A stretch of 64,000 bases of DNA from Eledone cirrhosa (lineage: Eukaryota), in the NCBI GenBank assembly GCA_964016885.1, contig OZ024741.1, positions 195,300,001 through 195,364,000 of the forward strand, read 5' to 3'. Below the pieces are notes generated by a model. That model made no database searches. It worked only from the letters and a program-made list of their open reading frames with translations, and was not told the origin of the DNA. The number at the start of each line of letters is the position of its first letter. Positions within the stretch are counted from its first letter, which is position 1. Of this stretch, positions 27,483 through 40,375 are shown in pieces. The position numbers and the translations under genes were made by a program.

Positions 27483-28815
27483 TTCAATAATTTCAGCAAG
27501 TACAGGAGTCAACTATGGTCATGTTTTAGTTTATAAGACTTCCTCAGTCAAGTATAGACTTTTAGCCGTACGTTATCTATAGCTTACTTATATATATATT
27601 GAAGCATATGCATAAATAATTCCTTATGTTTCAAAGTCCACTTTAATGATATGAAATTACCCTTGAATTAAACATAATCTGAGATTAAACATAAATAATC
27701 TGGGAATTGTAGATAATGAATTCAGACCCAATCTTACAGTGGACAGTAATAGCTCAATTTAGACCAGAAAGCGCCATCATTAGTCTGTTTTCGTTGATAA
27801 AACACAGGATTAAAACATATCATACGGTAAGTAAGAAAATTGTATTATGGACCTACCATACTATTATAATTATATTTTTGAATATATTTTGAGATAATTG
27901 CTTAAATATTGGCTGACCAAGACACTTTTATGGAATGGCTTATTTTTCAACATTTATCGTCAGCCTGTGAACTTTTCAGCCGACCCTCGTAACAGGTCAG
28001 ATTACTTACCCATACCTATCTCAGATTGCCACTCAATTGGAAAAAATACTAATCAATATAAATACTATGGACTTGTTTTGTTTTTGTCAAAAATGTTTTA
28101 CGCTAAAAATTTTGAAAAATTTACATACAAAATTTCTTTTCTTTTTCTTTCATCGTTTTTGTTTTCTTTCGCAGTGTTTTTTTTTTAAAGATAATTGAAT
28201 ATATTTCAATCAATGCATCCTATGGCTTGTAATAAGGTTATATTTCATGATATGAAGTGAAAAGAGAAAAGAGAGAGGAAAATGAACTTATATAAAAAAA
28301 AAGGTACAAAGTGAGAAAGTACGGGTCTCTGATTTCATTTGAATATTATCATTATACAGGCATAACCCAAGTTGTTAGTTTCTGTAGTAGGGGACATCAC
28401 TTTGTCTGTACAAGTCATTTTTAGAGAGAAACTGACCAACACCAATCCCAGTTTAACATAACGTCGTGCCATTTAGGTACCTTTAGCGAAGTTCATTTTG
28501 TTGCAAGAGTTAGGCTTAGATCTCTGGATAAGCCTCCATTTTCTTCCCATTAGTCTTGGTGGGTCTGTAAAAGGTTCATGAGCACTGTTCTTTCTTTACC
28601 GAATAATCCATAGAAAAGTCATGTATATGAGCAATACCACCTATTACTTATTTTGAACAATAAAGCCGATATATTCAACAAATTTAAAAGCGTAGTTCTT
28701 GCTACACCAACTGTCAGGAATATTTACATATTTGGCAAAGGGGTGATTAATTTTTTTGAAGAGAATGCATTCTAACATTAATCTTAACTGCTCAGATAAC
28801 ATTATCTATACACAA

Positions 28816-28950
28816 TGGCGGTGGACTGGCAGTATCGGTAGAGGGTCGGACGTCATGCTTTGACGCATAGAGTTACGGCCCTTGCCATTCTGAGTTCTAA
28901 TCCCGCCGAGGTTAACTTTGCCTTTCATCTTTACGGGGTCGATAAAATAA
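28816..28950 (+). mobile_element. tRNA-derived SINE, 3'-truncated
   Basis: Head and core present. Confidence 0.85.
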
Positions 28951-30480
28951 AACCTCCTTAAATTCTGTTTTTCACCCGATGATGATAATTCAGTTTGGGG
29001 CAAGTTTTCTACTTCTTTTAGATTTCTCGGTTTCTTTATTCTTTCTCTTTGACATTATGACACAATATTTATCTCCATATATAGCTTAATGTAAAAACAG
29101 CTTTAGAAAAGGAAACAAAAACAACTGTCTAAATAAGCTATCACAACTTCACTGATGATATTTTGTTAGCTTCACAGACATGGCCACCGAGTGAAGCGGG
29201 AATGCGTGTGACGTCATTGTTTTGGAGGAATCCTATTCACATTTTGGAGATATGACAAACATGTAGGGTAGCAAAAACAATCATATTTTGTAAAGATTTT
29301 TATGTGCACGGCAACAATTTGATGTACGTGACAACAATTGAGCGACTATATAGCCACGCAGCCACGCAGCTTAGAAAGAAAGTATTAAGGATGCTGATTC
29401 AGCATCCCTAATATGTGTTAGTATCTCCATTTGGTATTAATATTCGTAAGGTGTCTTTAAATCGACCCAAAACAATAAATTTATTATAACATGGATTTTA
29501 CTTTAAGTGAATAATATATTTTACATCTTGATTATTTTTCTTTTATCCTTTAGTATTTAAATCTACAATGTTTACCCATTGACTCTCATATATTTCTTTT
29601 TCTACATTCACTGCTCTATTCTTCTTTATTATATCACCTTAAATCGATTTTTATTTTACATCTACATATTCTGCTATATTCAATGAACTTCAATGTTCTA
29701 TCAGATATTACATTCTTCAACTCAAGCTTACATATGAGACTCGCTTAGTCTTTTACAGCAGTAAAAGTAGCAGACCTATTTCTATAGCGATGTAAAGGGT
29801 GTAATTATCTTTTCATAGTGGACATTACCAGATATGAATACGCAATTTTCATTCTTCTGTAATATAAACGCTATTTTCTCTGCAGGTTTTCATTCTATCT
29901 TGTGTTACATCGATTGTAATTCATTAATTTACCTATGATCTGTGTTTCCATGAAAGTATTCAGAAGATATATAATGTGTATATATTTGAAATCTCTATAC
30001 TTGCTGGAAAAATGTCTATATAAAATAAAAATCCATTAGTTTCGGAAATAAATTATTGAATCCGTAAAAATCTTAGACTGTATTTCAGGAAGAAGTGAAA
30101 TGACGAACTGGTAAATATCTTTCTATAAAAATCTCCATCACAGTAATTCATTCCCAGTTCATTTTTACTATTTTTTCTCTCGTAATACTTCAACTAAGAT
30201 ATTTTCGGCTGCAGTCATCACCAAAAAGCTCTATTTGTCATCTCATTTCTAACATAATTGTAGTAAATGTTCCATGATTTATTTATTTTTGTTTTTGTTT
30301 GTTGCTACATTTTTCTTAATAGGTAGTTCGTATTAAAATGCATACAATACTAAACTCGAAGATCTATTTGTTTCTTGCGTGACGGAAAATACATAGGAAA
30401 ATAGAATGTTCATCCTTTTCGCGAGAGTAATCTCCTTATAATATATAACCAGCAATTTCTCTGTCTGTCTGTCCGACGCG

Positions 30481-31450
30481 TAGAGAGTGAGAGTGAAAGA
30501 AAGAGACAGACTACAAGAGGGGGATAGCGGGAGAGAGAGAGACGCTGGAAGAGGGGAAGGAAAGCTATGTCTTGCTGTCTGCATTACGATACATATATAT
30601 ATATACACACACACACTGAGCGCGTCATAATGACGTAATGCAGATAGTCAGACATACAGACAGATATTATAAGGGCGCAACGTTATATCTATGTATCTAT
30701 CTAAAAAGAAAGACTAAGAATTATATAGAGAGAACGATAAATCGCCTAATGCAGTCCCTAGGGCATTGAAAATTTGAAATAATATTTGCTCAAAACACTC
30801 ACAGGACCATAAGTATTACATGTCTAAAGTTTGAAAACAATCGGTTGGATGGTTCTCAAGTTTTAGTGAGCTGACAGACAGACATTCTCTGTTTTAGATA
30901 TATAGACTAGCAGAAAACCGCATACCGCGTGGTTTTCTGCTAGTCTATATATCTAAACAGAGAATGTCTGTCTGTCTGACTCCCTAAAACTCGAGAACCA
31001 CCCAACCGATTGTTTTCAAACTTTACACTTATGGTCGTGTGAATGTTTTGAGCAAAAAATATTTCAAATTTTCAATGCCCTAGGGACCGCATTAGGCGAT
31101 TTAGCGATCTCTCTATAATTCTTAGTCTGTCTTTTTAGATAGATACATAGCTACGACGTCGCGCCCTTATAATATCTGTCTGTATGTCTGGCTGTCTGCA
31201 TTACGTCATTATGACGCGCTCAGTGTGTGTGTGTATATATATATGTATCGTAATGCAGACAGCAAGACATAGCTTTCCTTCCCCTCTTCCAGCGTCTCTC
31301 TCTCTCCCTCCCGCTATCCCCCTCTTGTAGTCTGTCTCTTTCTTTCACTCTCCCTCTCTCTCTACATAGCTACGACGTCGCGCCCTTATAATATCTGTCT
31401 GTATGTCTGGCTGTCTGTATTACGACATTATGACGCTATCTGTGTGTGTA
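30481..31450. mobile_element. Palindromic pair of non-autonomous Helitron-like fragments
   Basis: Arms about 30481-30919 / 30931-31364. Each contains ttctgCTAG|TCtatatatctaaa.cagagaatgtctgtctg and is homologous to 35412-35700. A partial duplicate lies at 31365-31450. Confidence 0.72.
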
Positions 31451-31687
31451 TATATTGTGTGTGTGTATATATTTATATATAGTGGAATGAGAGGGAACAT
31501 AATATTGTGTAACTATGGGTGCTCACATTAGTAGGGACTCTTCTTGCTCTTGCTCGACGAGGCTGAGGTCATCCTAAGCCAGCGATCCCAAAGCATCATC
31601 GTATAGGTACCCTACTGGAATGGAAGGGAGCATAATATAATGTATCTATGGGTGCTCACATTAGTAGGGACTCTACTGGAAATATAT

Positions 31688-31890
31688 ATAACAAATTTAA
31701 TATAAGAAATGGCTTCTATTTGACTAGAACTGTTTCATTTGAAGGAAAACATCAGGTTTTCCTGATGATTTCCTTCAAACGAAGCCCTGTAGAAGCCTTT
31801 TCTATATTAAATTTGTTGTTTACACTCTACTAATGTATTGAGTATCTTACTTACTGTGGTTATCCCCGATTGAACCCAGGACTCAACATA
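31688..31890. mobile_element. Small head-to-head pLTR-like palindrome with two degenerate hammerheads
   Basis: Arms 31688-31756 / 31761-31820. Plus strand: CTGATGA-tttccttcaaac-GAAg..TA-gaagcc. Minus strand: CTGATGt-tttccttcaaat-GAAA..TA-gaagcc. Confidence 0.55.
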
Positions 31891-32190
31891 AATATATATA
31901 ATAATAAAATGGACGAGGTGTTAAAATTTGATTACATTTATTGAAGTGTGATGCGCATTTTGCGATTGTTCAGCTTAAGGTTTGATCTGTATCGATTGGG
32001 CCCGACTCTGGAATCAAAAGCTCATCAAACTTCTGTTAGTGCAATGACGAAATGATTCCCATACAGCATTAAGAAAAAAAATGCATATATATATATATAT
32101 ATAGCGAGGGAAAAGTGGTAAGGAACCAGGTGGACCATAACGCACCAAAGTACTCAATACTTAGGGTAGTAGAGTGGGTAATAGGAGTAA

Positions 32191-32317
32191 GTAAGACCCC
32201 GACGGCTGAGCTCAAGCCGTTTCGACGGCTAATTCTGTACTGAATGAAAAATCTGATTTTTCATTCAGTACAGAATTAGCCGTCGAAACGGCTTGAGCTC
32301 AGCCGTTGGGGTCTTAC
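32191..32317. repeat. Near-perfect 127-bp palindrome containing the 3' half of a hammerhead-like fold
   Basis: gtaagacccc..gaaaaatc-t-gatttttc..ggggtcttac; contains gccgtc-GAAA-cggct-tgagctc-agccg-TT-gggg. Confidence 0.8.
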
Positions 32318-32319
32318 AT

Positions 32320-32518
32320 CCAGAGTTGACATTGCACTCAGTGCTCCTTTGGGAGCCCCTACTAGAAGAGGAAGACCAAGGTTAACATATGTTGATGCCC
32401 TAAGGACAGACACTGGTCTGTTGGAGATGCAGGATATGGCAGCGATAATGAGGGACAGAGACCGCTGGAGAGAACTCGTCCATGGATCTCGGGAATTTTA
32501 CCCGCCTTAGATAGATAT
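32320..32518 (+). mobile_element. RTE-type LINE 3' end
   Basis: Translates to LLWEP / RRGRPRLTYVDALRTDTGL..MRDRDRWRELV, followed by a short (ATAG) tail. Confidence 0.75.
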
Positions 32519-32868
32519 ATATATATATATATATGCATGTGTGTGAGATTGTATGTTTATGAGCAAGTGTAATAATAGAGATGTTAAACCTTCACACGTT
32601 TCATATCTCTTGATTTTTATTGACAGTGTTTTGTAGTAATATATATAAAGAAAAGACCATGTCAACCAATCCTAACTACATGGTCACACAGCATAATACA
32701 TTATGCAACTTGTATACATTCAGATATTCACACGTTTAAGTCAATTCCAAACATTTTATTGTCACTATAGTTTTAGAAGTAGAACACAATTTCATTGAAG
32801 ACTACTCATGTACACGCATATTTCCATGCATATATATAAGTATATCCACCCACACACAGATCTGTTTA

Positions 32869-32940
<72 letters not shown>

Positions 32941-32971
32941 TCTCTCTCTCTCTCTCTATCTCTCTCACCCC

Positions 32972-33017
<46 letters not shown>

Positions 33018-33146
33018 AATGAATAATAACAGGTAGACATCATAAAAGGTAATTTATTCCGTGTGCTTACAAATGTTTCCACGGTACGTCAACCATATCC
33101 AGTGTAGTAATTAACCATTACTACATCTTGGATAATCCTATACCTA

Positions 33147-33233
<87 letters not shown>

Positions 33234-33293
33234 GCAGGGAAAAGCGGACGTAAAAAATGATGATGATGATGATGTATATAATATCTATATATA

Positions 33294-33454
33294 TGTCCCA
33301 AGGCTCTGAAACCATCAACACTATACACACAGAGCTGGCATATCTAAGAACTGACTAACTGCCTGATGAGGTCATAGCCATTCAATGGCTATCATCGAAA
33401 TATATATAGCAGTAAATAAAGGATTATGAGTTCATGCAATTTACTTATGTTTCG

Positions 33455-33460
<6 letters not shown>
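33294..33460 (+). mobile_element. About 167-bp hammerhead-bearing element (solo pLTR/retrozyme-like), copy 1
   Basis: Nearly identical to 59077-59243 with the same ends; flanked by (TA)n. Confidence 0.85.
33358..33413 (+). ncRNA. Minimal type I hammerhead ribozyme
   Basis: actgc-CTGATGA-ggtc-atagccat-tca-atggctat-catc-GAAA-tatata-TA-gcagt, then AATAAA. Confidence 0.88.
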
Positions 33461-33499
<39 letters not shown>

Positions 33500-33736
33500 A
33501 ATATGGTTTTATAAATATAGTTTCCATTTATTTAATATCGTAAATATACTCCAAATACTTGTTGAGTGCTTTTATATCAATAAATATTTACTCAATAAAT
33601 ATTTACTCGTTGTAACCCAACAATTTAAATAAAACTTTGCATATATATATATATATATATAGATATATAAATATTATATACATCACCATCATCACCATCA
33701 TCATCATCATCATTTTTTACGTCCGCTTTTCCCGCT

Positions 33737-35400
33737 TGCACCACCACCACAACAACAACATCAACAACAGCTCAAGAAAACAACCCAAAACACGGTCCCA
33801 CCCAGCCCCTCCCCACAGAACACAAATACAAAAACACACGCAGTACAAACACAACCTGGCAATATACCCCTCCCCTCCAATACGGAAGAAGAGCTCATAT
33901 CCTCGGAAGACGAGGTGGCTCCCTTCCAAAAAGTCAAAAGGAAAAAACGTACACACACCACACAAACAAAAATAACCCCACCTGACAACACAACACAGAC
34001 AACAAAACGCAAGCTCACTCAAGAACAACAAGCAAAAACAAACACAACAACACAAAAACTCTACACATACATAAACAAAAACAATAAAAACTTAACAGAC
34101 AAAATAAACAACAACCCTTCGGTACAAACCGAAGGGCCGAATTTTGCAATGGCAACGGGACTCCCTAACCTGAAAATGGTGAAAGTCCCACTTGACATTT
34201 TCAAAACATTGAAAAACATTTACCCTGAGGACGTGGGGCCACCCTGCACCAGGCCACTCAACCGCGTCCTCCTGAAAGGTTTTCCCCTCCCCTCCTCAAA
34301 CACCCACACAATTCCAAACACCCCAACCCCTCCACACACTAATACCCCTCACCCCCACCCTCACCCAACAACCCCTCCACCACCCCCATGGAGACTGAAC
34401 AGCCCGGACCCCGGGACGAAGAGAGGTAAGTACCTCTTTCTTTACCACCAACATGGCTGTGTTAAGAGTAGGTTGTCTAAATGCGCGTGGCCTGGGCTCA
34501 CCTTGGAAGCAAGCTAAACTTCTAAATGACCTCAGGTCACGATGTATAAATGTGATGGTTATTTGCGAGGCCCGGATCAGCAGCGTGCGACAACTATCCC
34601 CCACCTTTGATGACTTTGAGATGCACGCATCTCTCTGTCAGCCCGTAGGTGGGGGTGGGGTTGTCGTTCTGCTGCAAAAACATCTGGGTCTCGCTACACA
34701 GACGGTACACTTGGACCCGGAGGGTCAACAGCAGGTGGTGGGGCTCTCTAAAAAGAGAGATTAGAGTAGTTTCAATAGGAGTTAGTAAGGAGTTAGCCTC
34801 AGATAGAAATAGGATGGAAAGGGAGTTGGTAGTTAATGTTGAAGAGGCAATGAGAAGCGGAAATGTGGCCAGAGTGCAAGCATCGAGAACGGCCTTGAGC
34901 CAGTTCTTCGACGCGAAACACGAAGGCTGCGTTGTCCGAAGCAAAATACGTGCTCTGGGAAACGAGGGGACCAAAGCTGTTAGCTGGGCCCGCGTGACAG
35001 AAGCCAAAAGTGGGATTAGATCCACTATTCGGTCTTTGCGAGACCAGGATGGACGGGTGATCCTTGAACCTAAGCAAATGTGCGAGGCCTTTCAAAGGCA
35101 CTTTGCCCGATTGTTCGGGAGGGGCGGGGGGGGGGCGGTTGGAGATGTGGATTTCGGTCCATACATCGACGGCCTGCCGCGTCTTTCAGACAAGGAGGCG
35201 AGGTCCTGCGACGGGCCGATCTCAGCTGCTGAAATAGAGGACGTGCTGAACCTATGCGGCAAACGCAAATCTCCAGGGCTCGATGGTCTGCCCTACGAAC
35301 TATATATTAATATGCCGGACTTGTTCCCCGATCTCCTTGAGGCGGTCTACTGCAACTGGCAACAGAACGGGAGAATTCCCTATTCTGTGACCAAGGGCGT
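33737..35400 (+). mobile_element. L1/Tx1-like LINE fragment (ORF1 end and ORF2 start with internal deletion), cut at 3' by a Helitron
   Basis: ORF2 starts MAVLRVGCLNARGL at 34453 (APE endonuclease), jumps near 34726 to NSRWWG, and carries KSPGLDGLPYELY. Confidence 0.85.
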
Positions 35401-35411
35401 AGACTCGCTAG

Positions 35412-36240
35412 TCTATATATATCTAAAACAGAGAATGTCTGTCTGTCTCCTTAAAACTCGAGAACAACCAAACAGATTTTTTTCAAACTTTACAGATGTA
35501 ATACTTATGGTCGTGTGAGTGTTTTGAGCAAAATATATTTCAAATGTTCAATGCCCTAGGGACCGCATTAAGCGCCGGTTAGCGATCTCTCTCTCTCTTT
35601 CTTACTCTGTCTTTTTAGATAGATACATAGCTATAACGTCGCGCCCTTATAATATCTGTCTGTATGTCTGGCTGTCTGCATTACGACATTATGAAAACAT
35701 CGACTTCGCTATCTGTATGTGTGTGTATATATGTATATATATATAGTGTGTATATATATAGTGTGTAAGGTTTTTCGAAATATTTACTTCTGCGTTCACA
35801 GATTGATTTTTTTTTTGTTTCAGAAGATCCGGTTAAGGGTGAAAGCAGCGATTCTTTGCTTAAACTTTAATCTGTTATTTTAATATATATATATATATAT
35901 TTCTAATTATATATTCGTGTACAGATATTTTTGCATACACAATAACAATATATAAACAAACGTATTTATTTCACGAGGCTCGATAAGGATAAATATATAT
36001 CAAATATATAAGAACCCTAGAACAAATATTGCTGACGTATTATCTTCGCTATTTTCCGTTCATTGCCACCCAATTAAGTTAAACCCCTGGTAATCTACGA
36101 CGAATTTTTTTATAAGCACAAAATGTACACACCATCCCGAGGCCGAGGTATTCCGTACTTCTCTGTACTGTTTCAGAAAGGAGGGATAAACATGCCAATC
36201 TATGTTTAGAATCCCAAGCAACGCCGGGCCATTCTGCTAG
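35412..36240 (+). mobile_element. Non-autonomous Helitron-like element
   Basis: 5' TCtatatatatctaaaacagagaatgtctgtctgtc; 3' hairpin remnant cccaagcaacgccggg plus cattctgCTAG|t; no TSD seen. Confidence 0.68.
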
Positions 36241-37461
36241 TAATAATTAAAACGAGGATAAATGACCAACTGAACATCGAACCCAGAATGATGATTCGGC
36301 TATTCGAGAGAATAACTCATGATTTGTGGCACACGTCTTTCCAAAGATATAACTTCTGAAAATGCAACCTCGATAGAAACAATTCGATTAATTTAAAAGT
36401 GCCCCCCCCCCCCCCCCCCAATAAAAAACATCAAGAACATTAACTTGATTTAGCAATACACACATAGACACTTTAGAAAGGTATATACTCTATCTAACAT
36501 ACACTATAACATTAACCCACGGACAGAAGCCATTTTTAACTCTATTTTACTACTAATATTCACTTTTTATATTTAGATGCCAACTTCGGGGTGTTGCGAG
36601 TAAAGGCATTTGTAAGCAGTGACATAAAGCGTAGACAAAATTCCAATCTCTGCTAAGAATTACAGGAGCTCCACTAGGCAGTCGCTCATGCTGCTATAAA
36701 TAGCAGCTTAAGTATATCAATATCTACAAATAGAGCGATTGATTTAAATAAAGAAATTAAATTAAACTTTACATATTTTACAAATTGCCTTTTTATTGAA
36801 AGTCATAAACACACTTGTAGCATTATTGTGTTTTGTGTTGTTTTGCCCTCACGACTAGTGTAACAAGTATCTCTCAGTCTTCTACAAAATAATATGGATG
36901 AACGAATCAAAATTACAAATATTTCGAAAAGGTGTTCTCTCAATTCATTCCATGGTTAAAACAGGAGAACGGAAGTTGTCACCGGATTCGTTTAAAAAAT
37001 GCTAAAATGCCAATGGCGAATACAGAACCAGCATGTGCGCCTATGTTCGTCCAACATATGCAAAGGATTATAGCTGGAGGCCATGAATATCAACATGACC
37101 AGAATGGAGTACGAAGAACTTCCGCGAAAATGTGTCATATTTGTTTATGTAAGAAGAAACATTCACTAATCAGGTATTTTCGAAATGTTAATCTTATTTG
37201 ATTTACAAATGCTTTTAATTAGTCTTGGGTCAGATTTAATAAAGCAAACCTATGATCAAATGCATTCCGGCCGCAAGCATTAAGATGTTTGTCGGTGATA
37301 GTCCAACTACGTCAACATTAACTACGTAGAGATCCTGTTTTTGAATCGCCATTGAAATTTTCGATTTATCATTGTATAAGAATCCATATTTAGGTTTTAC
37401 TTGAATTATACTTGAAACAGTTTCATATTCAGTCTTAGTTTCAAATTTAGAGGGAATAACA

Positions 37462-37630
37462 TAATTATTTCTACTTTTGGCCCAAAGCCAGCAATTACCC
37501 AGTACATTACTGGTAATTTTATTTTATCGACCCCGTAAGGATGAAAGGCAAAGTTAACCTCTGCGGGATTTGAACTCAGTCCGTAAAGGGACGTAACTCT
37601 ATGCTGCAAAGCATGGCGTCCGATCCTTGG
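37462..37630 (-). mobile_element. tRNA-derived SINE
   Basis: Reverse-complement match to the family. Confidence 0.87.
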
Positions 37631-37810
37631 CGAGAAAACTGTAGAAATGTTCACCAAATGTTTTCAACCGAATGTTATACAATTTTATTTATAACTAGAC
37701 CACTCGGAACCCGTTGGGTCACGTTCACTTAAAAGTAATTTTTGAATAATTAAAATATACATATATATGTATATAATATAAAATGAAATTGGAAGGTCCA
37801 TATATATATA

Positions 37811-37850
<40 letters not shown>

Positions 37851-38139
37851 TGTCTGTAACCTATATACACTGGTCACAGACACATGCACATACGCACACA
37901 CATATATATATATATACACACATATATATATGTATATATGTATACACACACATATACACACACACACACTTAGAAACCTTTCCTATTTAGCAGGAAATAT
38001 TCGCTACACACATCCTGTCCTAACACAAGTTATATGACACATATGACTTAATTATCAGGTCACTAAATTCGAGCTAGATGCAGTAATGCTGTCTTCGGTT
38101 GTTTGAAGTCACCTGTTATAATTTCATTCAACAACATCA

Positions 38140-38197
<58 letters not shown>

Positions 38198-38503
38198 ACC
38201 ACTATCCCTTTCTCTCTATCTTTCTCTCTCTCTGTTTATGAAGGTACCCGGAAAAACCCTGTATCTCGGGAACCCATGTTCCGATTTACGCGAAACTTAT
38301 TTTATTCCATTTTTATTCCCATTTCAGGGGCAACTTCCTTTCAAAGTATTTTCCTATTATGTGCCGTTTTGGCTGTATTACATTACAGACAAACACACAA
38401 ACACAAAGTTTTAGTAGTATATAGATGTATATACACCTGAAGATGGTGTAGAGTTTAGCAAATAATACACATCTTGTGTAGTGCAGAGTTTAGCTATAAG
38501 ATA

Positions 38504-38556
<53 letters not shown>

Positions 38557-38944
38557 AATATATTATAGCATCTGACTAGGTTATCGTCAAGCTTCCCAGC
38601 TAAGATAAGTCACTGTAGCTTCATATTTCTCATTCAAAACAAGTAAATTGCTAAATTTGGTTGTCTCGAAGAATGTCAAATCAGAATTAATCTTTTAGGA
38701 ATGTGAAATGCTATCAACCGAGAAAGCATTTTGTAATTAGCCATTATTTATTTATCCTTTGTAGATAATGATCTCTTATTAAAAGAAAGCAATAGTTATT
38801 GCTTTTATCTTCTGCAAAAGATTCTTTTATCTTCCAGACCTGACTAGTAAGCTTAAAATAGTGTATCTACGCACAGATTATAGAAACATGCTAAATAACT
38901 ATGTGGTTTAAGAATAATTAGTGATTGTCTTCACTAGGTTTCAT

Positions 38945-39080
38945 GAAGACGCGTAGCTTAGTGGTTAGCGTGTTCAACTCACGATCGTAAGGTCGTGAAT
39001 TCGGCGCATAGTGTCATTGAGCATGACGCTTTATTTCACATTACTTCAGTTCATTCAACTGGAAAAAATGAATTGTACCC
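38945..39080 (+). mobile_element. Second tRNA-derived SINE family (CORE-like), degenerate
   Basis: cgtagcttagtggttagcgtg A-box, ggtcgtgaattcg B-box and gtgtcattgagcatgacgcttt segment. Confidence 0.6.
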
Positions 39081-39229
39081 GTTTTGTTCCATCACATCTC
39101 CATTTTCCTCTACAAGATATCTCACATATAGTACATTTACAGAAAAAAATGTCTAATCTTGTGAACATTGCATGTAGTTTATTAATGTATAATTAATCAC
39201 TGTTAAAATAATCATATACTCTTAGAAAA

Positions 39230-40320
39230 AAATTACCACAAAAAAGTTACAGCATTGATTTCACTGTCAAGATCAATAGCATGGAGTTCATGAAGCGTGG
39301 AGCCAAACTTCACCCAACTCTTTTGCATTCCAGTTAAAAACAAACCATGTTCTTCAAATCATCTCCAATTTTCCACTTGAAATTATCATACCTCATCAAA
39401 GAAAGTAACATCTTGGTAGTGGTGTATGACTCATTTGCCTTCCTCAAATAACCCACTTAAATCCCTGGGTACTCATTCCCAACATACAAAAGGACTGTCT
39501 TTAAGCAGGAACCACTGCCATCAATGAATAACCACTAATCTGTCTTGACATCAGAGGAAATTCCCAGTGTCATAATTAAACTAATAATGTTCTTACAATA
39601 AACCAAACCCAGTTCATCATGTGTGTCGAAAAATTCAACAAATTTCTTCTCTCAGTGCCTGTACACTGTTGTTTTTGTTCTTTGGGAGAAGTCACGACAT
39701 TCTCTGAGCATTGTTCCAGCCAAGTAAGAATCATTCTTAGAAAGTCCCAACTTCGAACAAAATGATCCAGTTATTCTTGACTTATTTTAAGGCATGAATG
39801 AGGAATTTCAAAATTCTTGTTATCCATTTGGTCTTCACACCCAGTTTCATCATCAGAACCATCATCTGACTCCCTCAATGGTCATTGCTTGGCACAGAAG
39901 GAATTTCATCTTCATAAGGCTGTGGTCTTATGGCTGATGGCAAATTAGGATACGTGATATAATTCGGAGTTGTCTTATTGAACCAATCCATGTTAGTAAT
40001 GCTAAAGTAGCAATCAGTAGAATGGTTGCTTTGTTTTCGCCATGCCATTGGAGTGGCAAATGGTATTTGCTTCAGCTTGCCACTGGACCACAAGGAAAGT
40101 CGTTCACTGCAACCTTACAATATGTGGAACAAACCATTTACCTTAAAAGGAAAATAGGAAACTTGATGTACTACAAGTTACATTACATTTCTGTAAATTT
40201 GATATATAGCGACTATCTTATAGATCAAAATCTAGATGTGATGGAGCAAAACTGACTTCATATTCAGAAAGAGCACCCTGAAATAAACTAAAATCACCCT
40301 AAATAACTATTGCTAAAGAA
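39230..40320 (-). mobile_element. Decayed DNA-transposon transposase fragment (superfamily not assigned)
   Basis: PFATPMAWRKQSNHSTDCYFS..YPNLPSAIRP motif (ORF 39875-40093), resembling a widespread invertebrate transposon family, with a downstream LFIDGS..LKTVLL segment. Confidence 0.65.
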
Positions 40321-40375
40321 ATGTTTTTTCATTTTGTTATGCATTGTTATGTTTACCGTTAGTTGATTAACTGAA

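Noticed and set aside
36932-37201. 89-aa ORF as a possible host exon
   Set aside because: No recognisable motif or clear splice signals, and it starts at a non-ATG codon.
38436-38500. CTGAAGA motif as a hammerhead
   Set aside because: No downstream GAAA or UH with paired stems.
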